This document shows positions 27,482 through 36,323 of a stretch of 64,000 bases of DNA, piece by piece (the first letter of the stretch is position 1; the number at the start of each line of letters is the position of its first letter). Made by a program: the position numbers and the translations under genes. The notes under the pieces were generated by a model, which ran no database searches, was not told the DNA's origin, and worked only from the letters and a program-made list of their open reading frames with translations. Origin of the DNA: a virus (lineage: Duplodnaviria; Caudoviricetes); the IMG/VR virus record IMGVR_UViG_2974716960_000001, positions 13,087-77,086 of that record, one strand, 5' to 3'.

Positions 27482-27608
27482 TCAATTTCGTTTGGCGGAA
27501 CCTGTCCGCGCTTCATTATTTCCGTAAGGAGCGCGGCAGGTTTCCCACCCTCGCTGAATTTCGTGATGAAACACGATGACACTACGACTTGCCCTTTAAG
27601 GAGACCTA

Positions 27609-29033
27609 ATGACCACCTTTTTGCAGAGCCTAAACGGCCAGCTAAACACGACCCGCACGGAGAACGGCGATAAGGCGCATAAGTCGTCGCTTGATCCGGT
27701 GGTCGATTACTTCGGCTTGGCGGGCGCTATGCGTGACCGCGCCGAGGCGAGCGCCGACCTGTTTGAGAAGGCGTACCGTGCTGACCCGCAGGCTGCGGTG
27801 CGGACCCTGTTCTATCTGCGTGATGTGCGCGGGGGCCAGGGGGAGCGCGACGTATTCCGTGCCGGGCTTAAGCGCCTGTTCCATATGGACCCTTACACCG
27901 GTATGGCAGTTGTGGAGCACACGCCGTTCTATGGGCGCTGGGATGACTTGTTCATCTTCGGGTCTCAGGTTCCGGCGGGTATCTCGGCACTTATCCGTGA
28001 GCAGTGGGCCGAGGACGTTGACGCTTACGAGCGCGGCGAGAAGGTCTCACTGTTGGCTAAGTGGCTGCCTTCCGATAAGGCTGCGAATAAGGAGCTGGCT
28101 ATCGCTGTCCGGACGGTGCTGGGCCTGACGCAGCGCGAGTACCGGCAGACGCTTAGCGCGCTGCGGGAGCGGATTGGCCTGCTTGAGCACGCTATGTCGG
28201 ACGGCGTTTACGCCAACGTCGACTACAGCAAGCTCCCGGCGCAGGCGCACCGTAAGCACGTTAAGGCGTTCCGGCGCAACGACGGTGAGCGGTACCAGGC
28301 GTTCCTAGACGCGGTTGACCGTGGCGAGGCCAAGGTGAACACGTCGACCCTGTATCCGTACGAGCTGTACGACTTGTGCCGGTCGGACCCGAACGCCGCT
28401 GACACGCTGTGGAACAACCTGCCGGACTACACGCGGCCCGGCCAGGACGCGATCGTTCTAGCGGACGTTTCAGGCTCCATGTGGGGTCGGCCTATGTCTG
28501 TGTCTGTGTCGCTGGCTTTGTACTTCGCAGAGCGCAACACAGGGCCGTATAAGGGCTACTTCATGACGTTCGCCTCTACGCCTGCGCTGGTGCAGGTGAC
28601 CGGTAAGACGTTGCAGCAGAAGCTCCACGCTATCGAGCACTCGACTGGCTGGTGTGGGTCGACGGACTTGGAGGCCGCGTTCAAGGCGATCTTGCGCGCC
28701 GGTAAGCAGTCGGGCACCGTCCCGGCCACGCTCTACGTCGTGTCGGACATGCAGTTCAATCAGGCGCTTAACCACGCTGACCTGAGCGTGTTTGAGTCGG
28801 CCCGGCTGGACTTCCAGCGGGCGGGCCTTGAGCTGCCGCATGTCGTGTTCTGGAACGTCAACGCGCGCCACGATCAGCTTCCGGCCACGATCCTTGACGG
28901 GAACGTGACGCTGGTGTCTGGCTTGGCGGCTACGACTTTCGGCATGGCCGTGGAGGGTAAGACCCCTCGTGAGCTGGTGAATGACGTGATCAATAGCGAG
29001 CGGTACTCGCAGATCAACGTTTCCGGTTCCTAA
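27609..29033 (+). CDS. Ro60/TROVE-like RNA-binding protein (DUF2828-type) with vWA domain
   Basis: TENG..AHKSS...VDYF, DPQAAVRTLFYLRDVRGGQGER, SLLAKWLPS, LYPYEL; MIDAS DVSGSM, T (STDL) and D (SDMQF). Confidence 0.85.
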   Translation: MTTFLQSLNGQLNTTRTENGDKAHKSSLDPVVDYFGLAGAMRDRAEASADLFEKAYRADPQAAVRTLFYLRDVRGGQGERDVFRAGLKRLFHMDPYTGMAVVEHTPFYGRWDDLFIFGSQVPAGISALIREQWAEDVDAYERGEKVSLLAKWLPSDKAANKELAIAVRTVLGLTQREYRQTLSALRERIGLLEHAMSDGVYANVDYSKLPAQAHRKHVKAFRRNDGERYQAFLDAVDRGEAKVNTSTLYPYELYDLCRSDPNAADTLWNNLPDYTRPGQDAIVLADVSGSMWGRPMSVSVSLALYFAERNTGPYKGYFMTFASTPALVQVTGKTLQQKLHAIEHSTGWCGSTDLEAAFKAILRAGKQSGTVPATLYVVSDMQFNQALNHADLSVFESARLDFQRAGLELPHVVFWNVNARHDQLPATILDGNVTLVSGLAATTFGMAVEGKTPRELVNDVINSERYSQINVSGS

Positions 29034-29072
29034 TGTTTCCGGATACCGGGTGCCGCCCGGTATCGTAAAACT

Positions 29073-29127
29073 TGTGGACGCTAACAGCAATTAAAACTGT
29101 TTGCGGATAACAATAAAATGCGTCCAG
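29073..29127 (+). ncRNA. Y-RNA-like element 1 (short)
   Basis: TGGACGC/GCGTCCA terminal stem, ACAGCAAT motif, AACAG/CTGTT hairpin. Confidence 0.65.
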
Positions 29128-29135
29128 TTTAAACG

Positions 29136-29258
29136 TGTGGACCCCCACAGCAATTACTACATTCCATGATAAGGACGAGGTTCGGGTTCGAGTCCCGGCG
29201 GTGGCCCTGTGTCGCTGTAGCTTAATGGCAGAGCGCGTATGTAAACCAAGGGGTCCAG
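29136..29258 (+). ncRNA. Y-RNA-like element 2, YrlA-type circularly permuted tRNA mimic
   Basis: TGGACCCC/GGGGTCCA terminal stem, ACAGCAAT, T arm CGGG-TTCGAGT-CCCG preceding a closed acceptor hairpin and D arm TAGCTTAATGGCAGAGC. Confidence 0.8.
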
Positions 29259-29267
29259 TTAAGCGGC

Positions 29268-29325
29268 TGTGGTCACTAACAGCAATCAAAAAACTTTCAC
29301 TGTTAATGAAATATAATGTGACCAG
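29268..29325 (+). ncRNA. Y-RNA-like element 3 (short)
   Basis: TGGTCAC/GTGACCA terminal stem, ACAGCAAT, TAACAG/CTGTTA hairpin. Confidence 0.65.
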
Positions 29326-29339
29326 TCTTGCCGCGCATT

Positions 29340-29373
29340 AACCCGCTACCCGGTCGACGGGGGCGGGTTTTTT
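29340..29373 (+). terminator. Rho-independent terminator after Y-RNA array
   Basis: AACCCGC...GCGGGTT followed by T run. Confidence 0.85.
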
Positions 29374-29518
29374 GTTGCCTTGAGGAGGACTTACATGCCT
29401 GGACCAATGTCCGCGCCCAACGGAAACGCGCTGATCACCTACAGCGCCGAGGCGCGCAAGAAAGCCGGTCGGACCGGCAAGACGGAGCTTGTGAAAGCCC
29501 GTAAGGGGGAGAAGAAAA

Positions 29519-29854
29519 ATGCGTAAGGGAATCGTCGCGGTAATGCTGGTCGGCGCGTTGTCGCTGGTCGGGTGCGCCACCCAGAATCAGCACTGGGAGC
29601 GTGGCTGCAAGGTCCAGTCAAAGGACATGCTGTACGGCAGCGACAGCGAAGGTGCCACTAAGCGCACTAAGCGCATTAGCACCACGTGCGGGGCGTTCGA
29701 CGTAGAGGACGCTATCGAGGTCGGCCACATGAACAGCTACGACCTGTGGGCCAAGCTCGAAGAGGGTAAGACCTACGACCTCAAGGTCGGCGGGCTGCGT
29801 AACGGGTTCTTCTCCATGTTCCCCACCGTCTTGGAGGTTAAGGATGCCGGTTAG
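29519..29854 (+). CDS. Secreted lipoprotein
   Basis: Lipobox LVGC; C..F.VED, L.EGKTY.L.V.G.R pattern. Confidence 0.7.
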   Translation: MRKGIVAVMLVGALSLVGCATQNQHWERGCKVQSKDMLYGSDSEGATKRTKRISTTCGAFDVEDAIEVGHMNSYDLWAKLEEGKTYDLKVGGLRNGFFSMFPTVLEVKDAG

Positions 29855-30161
29855 CGTTAGCGAGGCGATCCTTCGCTACAAAGAGGCGCAGGCTAAGAAG
29901 CGGGGCGAGACGCTGCCGGAGAAGTTCTACCGGGTGCCCAATCGCCGGTCTATCCGCGCGCACCGCTTCGGCGGGTTCCGCGAGGGTATGGGTAGCGGCG
30001 ATTCTTTCGTCCTGGTGAGGCCGTACCGGTCCCGCATTCAGCGGGGCAAGTCGCGTCCTCAGCCACGCGGGCAGATCGTTAGGCGGGGTTTCAAGGATTA
30101 CCTCGAAAACGGTCCGGACGCCGACCGGGGCAAGGTCACCGGCTGGACGCAGAAGCTATGA
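29844..30161 (+). CDS. Basic hypothetical protein
   Basis: Overlapping start, Arg/Lys-rich. Confidence 0.5.
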   Translation: MPVSVSEAILRYKEAQAKKRGETLPEKFYRVPNRRSIRAHRFGGFREGMGSGDSFVLVRPYRSRIQRGKSRPQPRGQIVRRGFKDYLENGPDADRGKVTGWTQKL

Positions 30162-30326
30162 GCTATCGCGTAGAAGTTCTACTTAATGACCGGTTGCTCC
30201 CGCCGATGATTGCCGTGAGGGAGCCTGAGGTTAATCACACCGGCCATCTGCAAGTAATGCTCAAGGATGGCTATTTGGTGTACGCGCCGGGCTATTGGTT
30301 GAGCTACGGAGTTAAGGAACACAAAG

Positions 30327-30530
30327 ATGGCTAAGGTCGGCACTGTCTACCGCAAGGATTACGAGCCTGGCTGCGGCTGTGGCCCGGCTCCATGTTTCGA
30401 CATGTACGTCAAGACGCTGGACGGGTGGCTACTGGTCGACCAGTACGGCCCCCAGGGAATCGTGGCAAATAAGCCGTGGAAGCGCGCTACCGGGTTTGTC
30501 CGGTTCCCGCCGAAGGTTAGCGAGGATTAA
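30327..30530 (+). CDS. Hypothetical protein
   Basis: AAGGA RBS. Confidence 0.5.
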   Translation: MAKVGTVYRKDYEPGCGCGPAPCFDMYVKTLDGWLLVDQYGPQGIVANKPWKRATGFVRFPPKVSED

Positions 30531-30571
30531 TCACTGATTATCAAGTAAAGCGCGACTACTGGGACCGTCCG

Positions 30572-31504
30572 ATGGTTTACCCACCGGACTTCCAGGGTCC
30601 GCTAACGGGGGAATGGCGCGAAGGCAGGGGGCGCGATGGAAAGCAAAAGCGCTGGTGGTACTCCAAAGACGCCAAGGGATACAGCCGGGCGTCCGGTGCG
30701 GGCAAAGGTCTCGACACCAAAGATGGGCTTATCGACTGGGCAGCCTGTCAGGCAGCCGTTGGCATCCTCTTGGACGCCTCCGCGCGCTCAGAGGTCGCAA
30801 CGCTTATCAACGAGTACGACGCCGACCCCTGGTACAAGGGAGACGACGGCGGTACCCGCTCCGGTAAAGAGCGGCTTAAAGCGGCTGTTGAGCAAGCGCG
30901 TAACACTGCCGGTCAGCACACTGCTGCTAGCGCTGGCACTGAGTTCCATAAGCTCGGTGAGCTTCGCAATAAGGGCGAAACGCCGCGCGTAGTTCAGGAG
31001 CACCTTAAGGCACCGCTCGCGCAGTACGACAAAGCGGTTGAGCCTATCGAGTTCATTGATCAGGAAATGCTGATCGTTAACGACAAGCTGGAACTGTGCG
31101 GGTCTGTCGATTACCTCATGGCGTTGCCGCCGGGGATCACCACGCCGGATGGCGTTAAGCACGATCAAGAGCTTGTCGTTGTGGGCGACCTTAAGACGGG
31201 TCGCTGGGACGCTAAGCGCCCTATGGGTGTGACGTGCCAGTTGGCGGCTTATGGGACGGGTCTGCGTTACGACCAGGAGACGAACACTCGGACTCCGCTG
31301 CATAACCAGATCAATAACAAGTGGGGAGTGATGGTTCATTTCCCAATCATGACTAAGAACCCTCAGGTCAAGTTCTATTGGGTTGACCTTGAGCTGGGTT
31401 TGCAAGCGGCGATGCTCGGTAAGCAAGTCGAGGCGATGCGCCGCGTTTTCAATTCTAAGGATTCAGAGCTTAAGGAGTTGAGCCTTGACCGTTATCAGTG
31501 GTAG
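30572..31504 (+). CDS. PD-(D/E)XK exonuclease (RecE/Cas4-like fold)
   Basis: GTEFH, GSVD, VGDLKTG, QLAAY motifs; adjacent to ERF annealase. Confidence 0.85.
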   Translation: MVYPPDFQGPLTGEWREGRGRDGKQKRWWYSKDAKGYSRASGAGKGLDTKDGLIDWAACQAAVGILLDASARSEVATLINEYDADPWYKGDDGGTRSGKERLKAAVEQARNTAGQHTAASAGTEFHKLGELRNKGETPRVVQEHLKAPLAQYDKAVEPIEFIDQEMLIVNDKLELCGSVDYLMALPPGITTPDGVKHDQELVVVGDLKTGRWDAKRPMGVTCQLAAYGTGLRYDQETNTRTPLHNQINNKWGVMVHFPIMTKNPQVKFYWVDLELGLQAAMLGKQVEAMRRVFNSKDSELKELSLDRYQW

Positions 31505-31799
31505 CCGGGAGACCAGCTTGGCGGCGTACGAGTCGCTGGATAAGGACTATCTGCGGGAGTCGCAGAAGGCAGTGCTTAAGGCGCTGGGCCGGTTGCGTAA
31601 GGGCGGTACCGATACGGATATCGCGCGGGTCTACAACCGGTCCAAGTGGGGCGCGGTGTTGCCTCAGTCGCCTTCGGGTTTGCGGACTCGTCGGTCGGAG
31701 CTGGTGCGGCAGGGGCTTGTGGTGGATACCGGCGCGCGTAAGCGGCTGGCGAGTGGTCGTCAGTCCGTGGTGTGGGCCAAGGCAAAGAACGGGGCGTAA
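31485..31799 (+). CDS. Winged HTH DNA-binding protein
   Basis: GTDTDIA...[21 protein letters not shown]...SGR...VW. Confidence 0.7.
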   Translation: MTVISGSRETSLAAYESLDKDYLRESQKAVLKALGRLRKGGTDTDIARVYNRSKWGAVLPQSPSGLRTRRSELVRQGLVVDTGARKRLASGRQSVVWAKAKNGA

Positions 31800-32555
31800 T
31801 TGACTGCGACTAAGGCAGAGCTGGAAACCGCGCTAGCGGAGGCTGACGCCAAGATCGAATCCCTTGAGGAGGAGATTAAGAACGCGCCGACGTGGGACAA
31901 GTCGGACGTTCCGACCGTCTTTGTGGCGTGGAACCGTGTTATGCGCGATGTGCAGGCGATCCGCAAGGATTCCTACAACCAGGGCCAGAAGTTCAACTTC
32001 CGTGGCATTGACGCGGTGATGAATGCGGTCGGCCCGGCGCTGCGCACGCACGGTGTGACGGTTGTGCCTCTGGCGCGCGACCACGACGCGGAGCGTTACC
32101 AGACCGCTAAGGGCGGTCAGATGTGTAACCGGACCGTGGAAATGGGTTTCCGCGTCTATGGGCCTGCCGGTGACTATTTCGACGGCAAGGCGTTCGGCGA
32201 AGCTGCCGACTCCGGCGATAAGTCGATGACTAAGGCGGAATCGGTCGCGCTGCGGACGTTCCTGCTACAGGCGTTGATGATTCCGACTGACGATCCGGAC
32301 CCTGACGCCGAGTCGCATGAGCGGGCCACTCCGGCGACGGCTGCGCGGATGCAGCCTCCCGCGCCTGTCGGTAATGCGGATTCCGCTAGTGCCCGCGCGA
32401 AGCTGCGCGAGCTGGCGACCGCTAAGAGCTGGGACTTGAACGGCATCGCTAACAAGTTCGCGGAGCACAACAAGGGCCGGGAGCTTAAGGACGCCACTGC
32501 CGAAGAGGTCACGGCGTTTACGAACCTTCTAGAGACAGGGGCGGTCACCGTCTAA
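31800..32555 (+). CDS. ERF-family ssDNA annealing protein
   Basis: FNFRGIDAVMNA..PAL, GEA.DSGDKS..KA.S.A.R..L. Confidence 0.88.
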   Translation: MTATKAELETALAEADAKIESLEEEIKNAPTWDKSDVPTVFVAWNRVMRDVQAIRKDSYNQGQKFNFRGIDAVMNAVGPALRTHGVTVVPLARDHDAERYQTAKGGQMCNRTVEMGFRVYGPAGDYFDGKAFGEAADSGDKSMTKAESVALRTFLLQALMIPTDDPDPDAESHERATPATAARMQPPAPVGNADSASARAKLRELATAKSWDLNGIANKFAEHNKGRELKDATAEEVTAFTNLLETGAVTV

Positions 32556-32755
32556 TGTTCAACAACACGATTGCAGGTATCCCTGTGGAGCTGGTCGACG
32601 CTCCACAGGGCATCGTGGTTCCGTGTGAGCTTTGCTTCGTTAAGGAGGCTGAGTTCGCGGTTGGTTCGCACGATCACAAGCTGGTGTGCGAGGGCTGCCT
32701 TGATTACGGCGATTCGCGGCGGTTCTGGAATCTGGAACCGAGGCAAGCTCTGTGA
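32555..32755 (+). CDS. Small Zn-ribbon protein
   Basis: Two CxxC motifs. Confidence 0.5.
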   Translation: MFNNTIAGIPVELVDAPQGIVVPCELCFVKEAEFAVGSHDHKLVCEGCLDYGDSRRFWNLEPRQAL

Positions 32756-33036
32756 CGGTAACTAAACCGGCTGAGCTGTGGAATGCCCGCCAGATCATTG
32801 AGACATTCGAGGATGGCGAGGGTCACGGCTGGCATGAAGAACTGCAATGGCTGTGGTTTGACGACCGTGAGCGCACCATGCAGTTACTCGATGAAGTCGG
32901 CAGGGTCGGACAGATTCGGGAGCCGGTCGAAATCGGGCATGACCGCCGGGTGTGGAACGGGCATCACCGTATCGCGGTGGCCTTAGCTCTTAGCTTGCCG
33001 GTGCCGGTGGTCTTTCATGAACAGGGGGACCGTTGA
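32752..33036 (+). CDS. ParB/Srx-like domain protein
   Basis: PV.I......VWNGHHRIAVA..L...VPV. Confidence 0.75.
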   Translation: MTVTKPAELWNARQIIETFEDGEGHGWHEELQWLWFDDRERTMQLLDEVGRVGQIREPVEIGHDRRVWNGHHRIAVALALSLPVPVVFHEQGDR

Positions 33037-33392
33037 GTGAGTACAACCCGGTATCTGTAGAGCAGGAAATCTTAGCGACCGTTAACGATATCTCGTCTGG
33101 GATTATCACGGCGCGGGATGCTCACGAAAAAAAGCTGGAAACGGAGCGCGCGTATAAGCGTGCTTACGCTCGGGCGTTCATGGCGCATAAGGGTCCGCAG
33201 ACGGAGAAAAAGGTCGCGGCGAACATCGTTGAGGATGTTATGAACGCCGAGGATGAGCGCGACGCCTGGGCAGTCGCGTACGAATACGCGAAAGACAACA
33301 ACAGGGCGCTCAGCTCAAAGCTTGACGCTATTCGTTCGGTAGGCGCTTCTGTGCGCCAGGCATACGCAAACGCGGGGAGGGGCGAGTGGTGA
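33033..33392 (+). CDS. Hypothetical helical protein
   Basis: Coupled start; coiled-coil-like. Confidence 0.6.
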   Translation: MSEYNPVSVEQEILATVNDISSGIITARDAHEKKLETERAYKRAYARAFMAHKGPQTEKKVAANIVEDVMNAEDERDAWAVAYEYAKDNNRALSSKLDAIRSVGASVRQAYANAGRGEW

Positions 33393-33438
33393 GGTTCATT
33401 CACTGGCTCTGGCTCCATGTGTGCCCACCCGCTCGGGT

Positions 33439-33825
33439 ATGAGCGAGAAGAAATGCCGTCAAATCCTCAAGGTCCGCTCTGAGGGCTTCTGTGAGCGATG
33501 TACGCGGTGGGGCAACCTCACCCTTCACCATCGCTTGAAACGCTCTCAGGGCGGCTTGTGGACGGCTGAAAACTGCGTTCTGGTGTGCGGCCACGGTACG
33601 ACCGGCTGCCACGGATGGATTGAGCACCACCCAGACCAAGCGGAAACGCAGGGCTGGCATGTGCGCCCCTGGCAAAACCCGGCTGAGATTCCCCTGCTTT
33701 GGCGGGGGTCGACCTGGGTTCTCTTAACCAACGATGGAGGGATTCAGCATGTCGAGAAACCTCAAGGTGCTCCTGGCAGCATTCGGGACGGCTTTAGCTA
33801 TGACCGCGTGCCAGCCGAGCGCTGA
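33439..33825 (+). CDS. HNH endonuclease
   Basis: CERC, HHRLKRSQGG, N...VCG.GTTGCHGWIE. Confidence 0.85.
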   Translation: MSEKKCRQILKVRSEGFCERCTRWGNLTLHHRLKRSQGGLWTAENCVLVCGHGTTGCHGWIEHHPDQAETQGWHVRPWQNPAEIPLLWRGSTWVLLTNDGGIQHVEKPQGAPGSIRDGFSYDRVPAER

Positions 33826-33982
33826 GAACGGGGTCAGCACCGACTCTGGCACCAGCACCGGCGACTCCGGCTCAGGCTTCGTTATCAGCCCTAAGGGCGG
33901 TATCGGTATCGACCTGGGCGGCGGTATCCACCTTGACCCGTCGACCGGCGGCATCGGCTTCGGGGGCCTCCCGCTGGGATGA
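33749..33982 (+). CDS. Small lipoprotein
   Basis: GGAGG RBS, signal with lipobox MTAC, Gly-rich tail. Confidence 0.6.
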   Translation: MSRNLKVLLAAFGTALAMTACQPSAENGVSTDSGTSTGDSGSGFVISPKGGIGIDLGGGIHLDPSTGGIGFGGLPLG

Positions 33983-34659
33983 GCGACTTCGGGAAAATCC
34001 ACCGGAAGTTCTGGGACCACCCAAAGGCTAAGCAGGCCGGTAACGCTGCGCTTGGCCTCTGGGTCAAAGCCAACGCGTGGACTCGGGATAACCGATCCGG
34101 AGGGTTCGTCCCGCGCGATGTGGCGCTAGAGCTGGGAACACGCGACGAGGCTAATGCACTGGTGAAAGCCAGGCTTTGGCGCAGGGTCGATAAGGACGGC
34201 GAGTTCATCGGCATTCAGTTCAACGACTACGAGCACTGGAACGATGACGTTGAGCCGAACACCGAGGCGGGCAAGCTGGTCCGGAAGGTAATTCCGGAGT
34301 CCCACCCGTTCGCTATCCGGCAACAGCTCGTCAAAAAGACAGCTGAGCTGCTGCGCGAGGGTATCGACCTAGAAATCATGGAACGTGCGCTTAACCTCTG
34401 GCTCGCTAAGGACTTCGGGCCGGGCATTTTGCCTAGCCTGGTTAGCGAGGCGCAGAAAGAGGCGCAGCGCGCGGCCACACTAAGGAACACGATCACCGCG
34501 TGCCTTAAGTCGGGGCAGGTTTCACCGCTTAAGGCTTACGGATATATCTTCTCGCCTCCCGTTCCGCCGGATGGCCTAGACGTGAGTGAGCGTCGGGTTT
34601 GGATGGACCGCGCTAAACGGGATTGGCTGAATGAACTCCGTGGAAGGGTTGCAGCTTGA
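33979..34659 (+). CDS. Replication initiator/helicase-loader-like protein
   Basis: F.KIH.KFWDHPK....GNAALGLW pattern; directly upstream of DnaB. Confidence 0.6.
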   Translation: MSDFGKIHRKFWDHPKAKQAGNAALGLWVKANAWTRDNRSGGFVPRDVALELGTRDEANALVKARLWRRVDKDGEFIGIQFNDYEHWNDDVEPNTEAGKLVRKVIPESHPFAIRQQLVKKTAELLREGIDLEIMERALNLWLAKDFGPGILPSLVSEAQKEAQRAATLRNTITACLKSGQVSPLKAYGYIFSPPVPPDGLDVSERRVWMDRAKRDWLNELRGRVAA

Positions 34660-35921
34660 CCGAGGCACAGCCACCTAATGATCAGACTGCCGAGCAGTGC
34701 GTTATTGGGTCGCTGCTCATGTCGTCTAAGGCGCTTAACACGCTTTCGACGTTAATTACAGGCGAGGACTTCTACCGGCCTGTTCACGCCGATATCTTCT
34801 CTGCGGCGATGGGTCTGCTGGCTGCCGGTGAGCCGGTCGACGCAATGACCGTCGCCAAGGAACTAGAGACGCGCGGCCAGCTCCGCAAGATCGGTGGGGC
34901 ACCGTACCTGCTGACCTGCATGGAGAACACGCCGACCGCCACGAACGCTGAGGCGTACGCGCGGATGGTCCTCGACAAGGCGAAGCTACGGCGCATGGCC
35001 GAGCTGGGTATCCGGCTTAAGGCACTGGCCTACGACGAGACCTCGACAAGCGATGACGTGGACCGGCTCATGGGCCAGGGTGAGAAGTTCTTCCGCCAGG
35101 AGCACGAGCCTGACGACCGGGCGCTTGGGTTCGGTCAAATGATCGAGTCCTGGGAGCACTGGCAGACAACGGCAGAGGGCTATATCAAGACGCCGTGGGA
35201 AGCGCTCAATGCCCGGCTGAATGGCGGGCTACAGCGCGGCAGGCTCTACACCATTGCGGCTAGGCCGGGCGTTGGAAAAAGTGTCGCAGCGTTGCAGATA
35301 GCGAGCAATGCGGCCTTTTGGGGTTTCCCGTCCGCGTTTTTCACGCTGGAAATGTCGACCGACGAGGTTACGTCCCGGTTGATGGCTGCCGGGTCGAGCG
35401 TCGACTTCTCAAAGATCATGCGTAAGGACTTGGACCTTACCGACCGCGAGAAGATCGACAATTTCATTAAGTTGAACGACACCATTCCGCTACAGGTTGT
35501 GGACCGGGCAACGATCACCACGGAGCAGATCGTGGCTCACTGTCGTTCAATCGGAAACCTGGGCGTCGTAGTCGTGGACTACCTGCAATTGGTTAAGCCG
35601 TCCGATAGCAAGGTGTCGCGCGAGCAGCAGGTGTCGCATATGTCGCGGTCACTCAAGATCGCGGCGCGTGAGCTTAACGTGGCGATGGTCCAGTGTGCCC
35701 AGTTGAATCGCGGTCCCGTTAAGGACGGTAAGCCGCGCGCTCCGACTATTGCGGACCTCCGCGAGTCGGGAGCGATTGAGCAGGATAGCGACGTGGTTCT
35801 CCTATTGCACAACGATGAGGACGACCCCGGCATTATCCAAATGATCATTGGTAAGAACCGGAATGGCCGAATGGGCGATCTGGCTCTGAATTTCGAGGGC
35901 CACTATCAGAGGATCACGTGA
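34656..35921 (+). CDS. dnaB: DnaB-like replicative helicase
   Basis: PPND..AEQ.VIG, ARPGVGKS, VVVDYLQL, QLNR, DLRESGAIEQDSD, KNRNG. Confidence 0.95.
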   Translation: MTEAQPPNDQTAEQCVIGSLLMSSKALNTLSTLITGEDFYRPVHADIFSAAMGLLAAGEPVDAMTVAKELETRGQLRKIGGAPYLLTCMENTPTATNAEAYARMVLDKAKLRRMAELGIRLKALAYDETSTSDDVDRLMGQGEKFFRQEHEPDDRALGFGQMIESWEHWQTTAEGYIKTPWEALNARLNGGLQRGRLYTIAARPGVGKSVAALQIASNAAFWGFPSAFFTLEMSTDEVTSRLMAAGSSVDFSKIMRKDLDLTDREKIDNFIKLNDTIPLQVVDRATITTEQIVAHCRSIGNLGVVVVDYLQLVKPSDSKVSREQQVSHMSRSLKIAARELNVAMVQCAQLNRGPVKDGKPRAPTIADLRESGAIEQDSDVVLLLHNDEDDPGIIQMIIGKNRNGRMGDLALNFEGHYQRIT

Positions 35922-36157
35922 GCGTTGATATTAAGGCCCTAATGGAAGGTAAGCCGCTGCGTTGGCAAGACGAGGCGGTTTGCGATGGCGACGACCGTTT
36001 TACCGGTCGGGTCGAAACGCTTAGCTGGCGTGACCACGTTGAAATGCGGCTCTTGTGTGACAAGTGTCCGGTGTTCGGCGAGTGCGCTGAGTGGGCTGAG
36101 CGTGAACAGGTAATCGAGGTATTCGCAGCGGGGCAATGGAGGTACCCGAATGGATGA
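35918..36157 (+). CDS. WhiB-family protein
   Basis: W...A.C, CxxC, C spacing; V.AG. Confidence 0.7.
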   Translation: MSVDIKALMEGKPLRWQDEAVCDGDDRFTGRVETLSWRDHVEMRLLCDKCPVFGECAEWAEREQVIEVFAAGQWRYPNG

Positions 36158-36323
36158 GTACGACGACGACTACAACGACGTAGACGAGGAATATCCACGT
36201 GACCAAGCCTGATGACGATTACGAAAACCCGGTCGGCGAAGTCTTAGACGACGAGACGGTTGAGGAGCTTGCTAAGTCTCACCTGGTCTACAGCATTTCC
36301 AAGTTCCTGGGATTGGGGAATAA

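Noticed and set aside
29073-29325. CRISPR array (recurrent ACAGCAAT with variable spacers)
   Set aside because: The shared motif is only about 8-16 nt, units are self-closing stems of unequal length, and no cas genes are present; a Y-RNA reading fits better
30572-31504. Cas4 as part of a CRISPR system
   Set aside because: Next to the ERF annealase, so a recombination exonuclease; no Fe-S cysteine set or other cas genes
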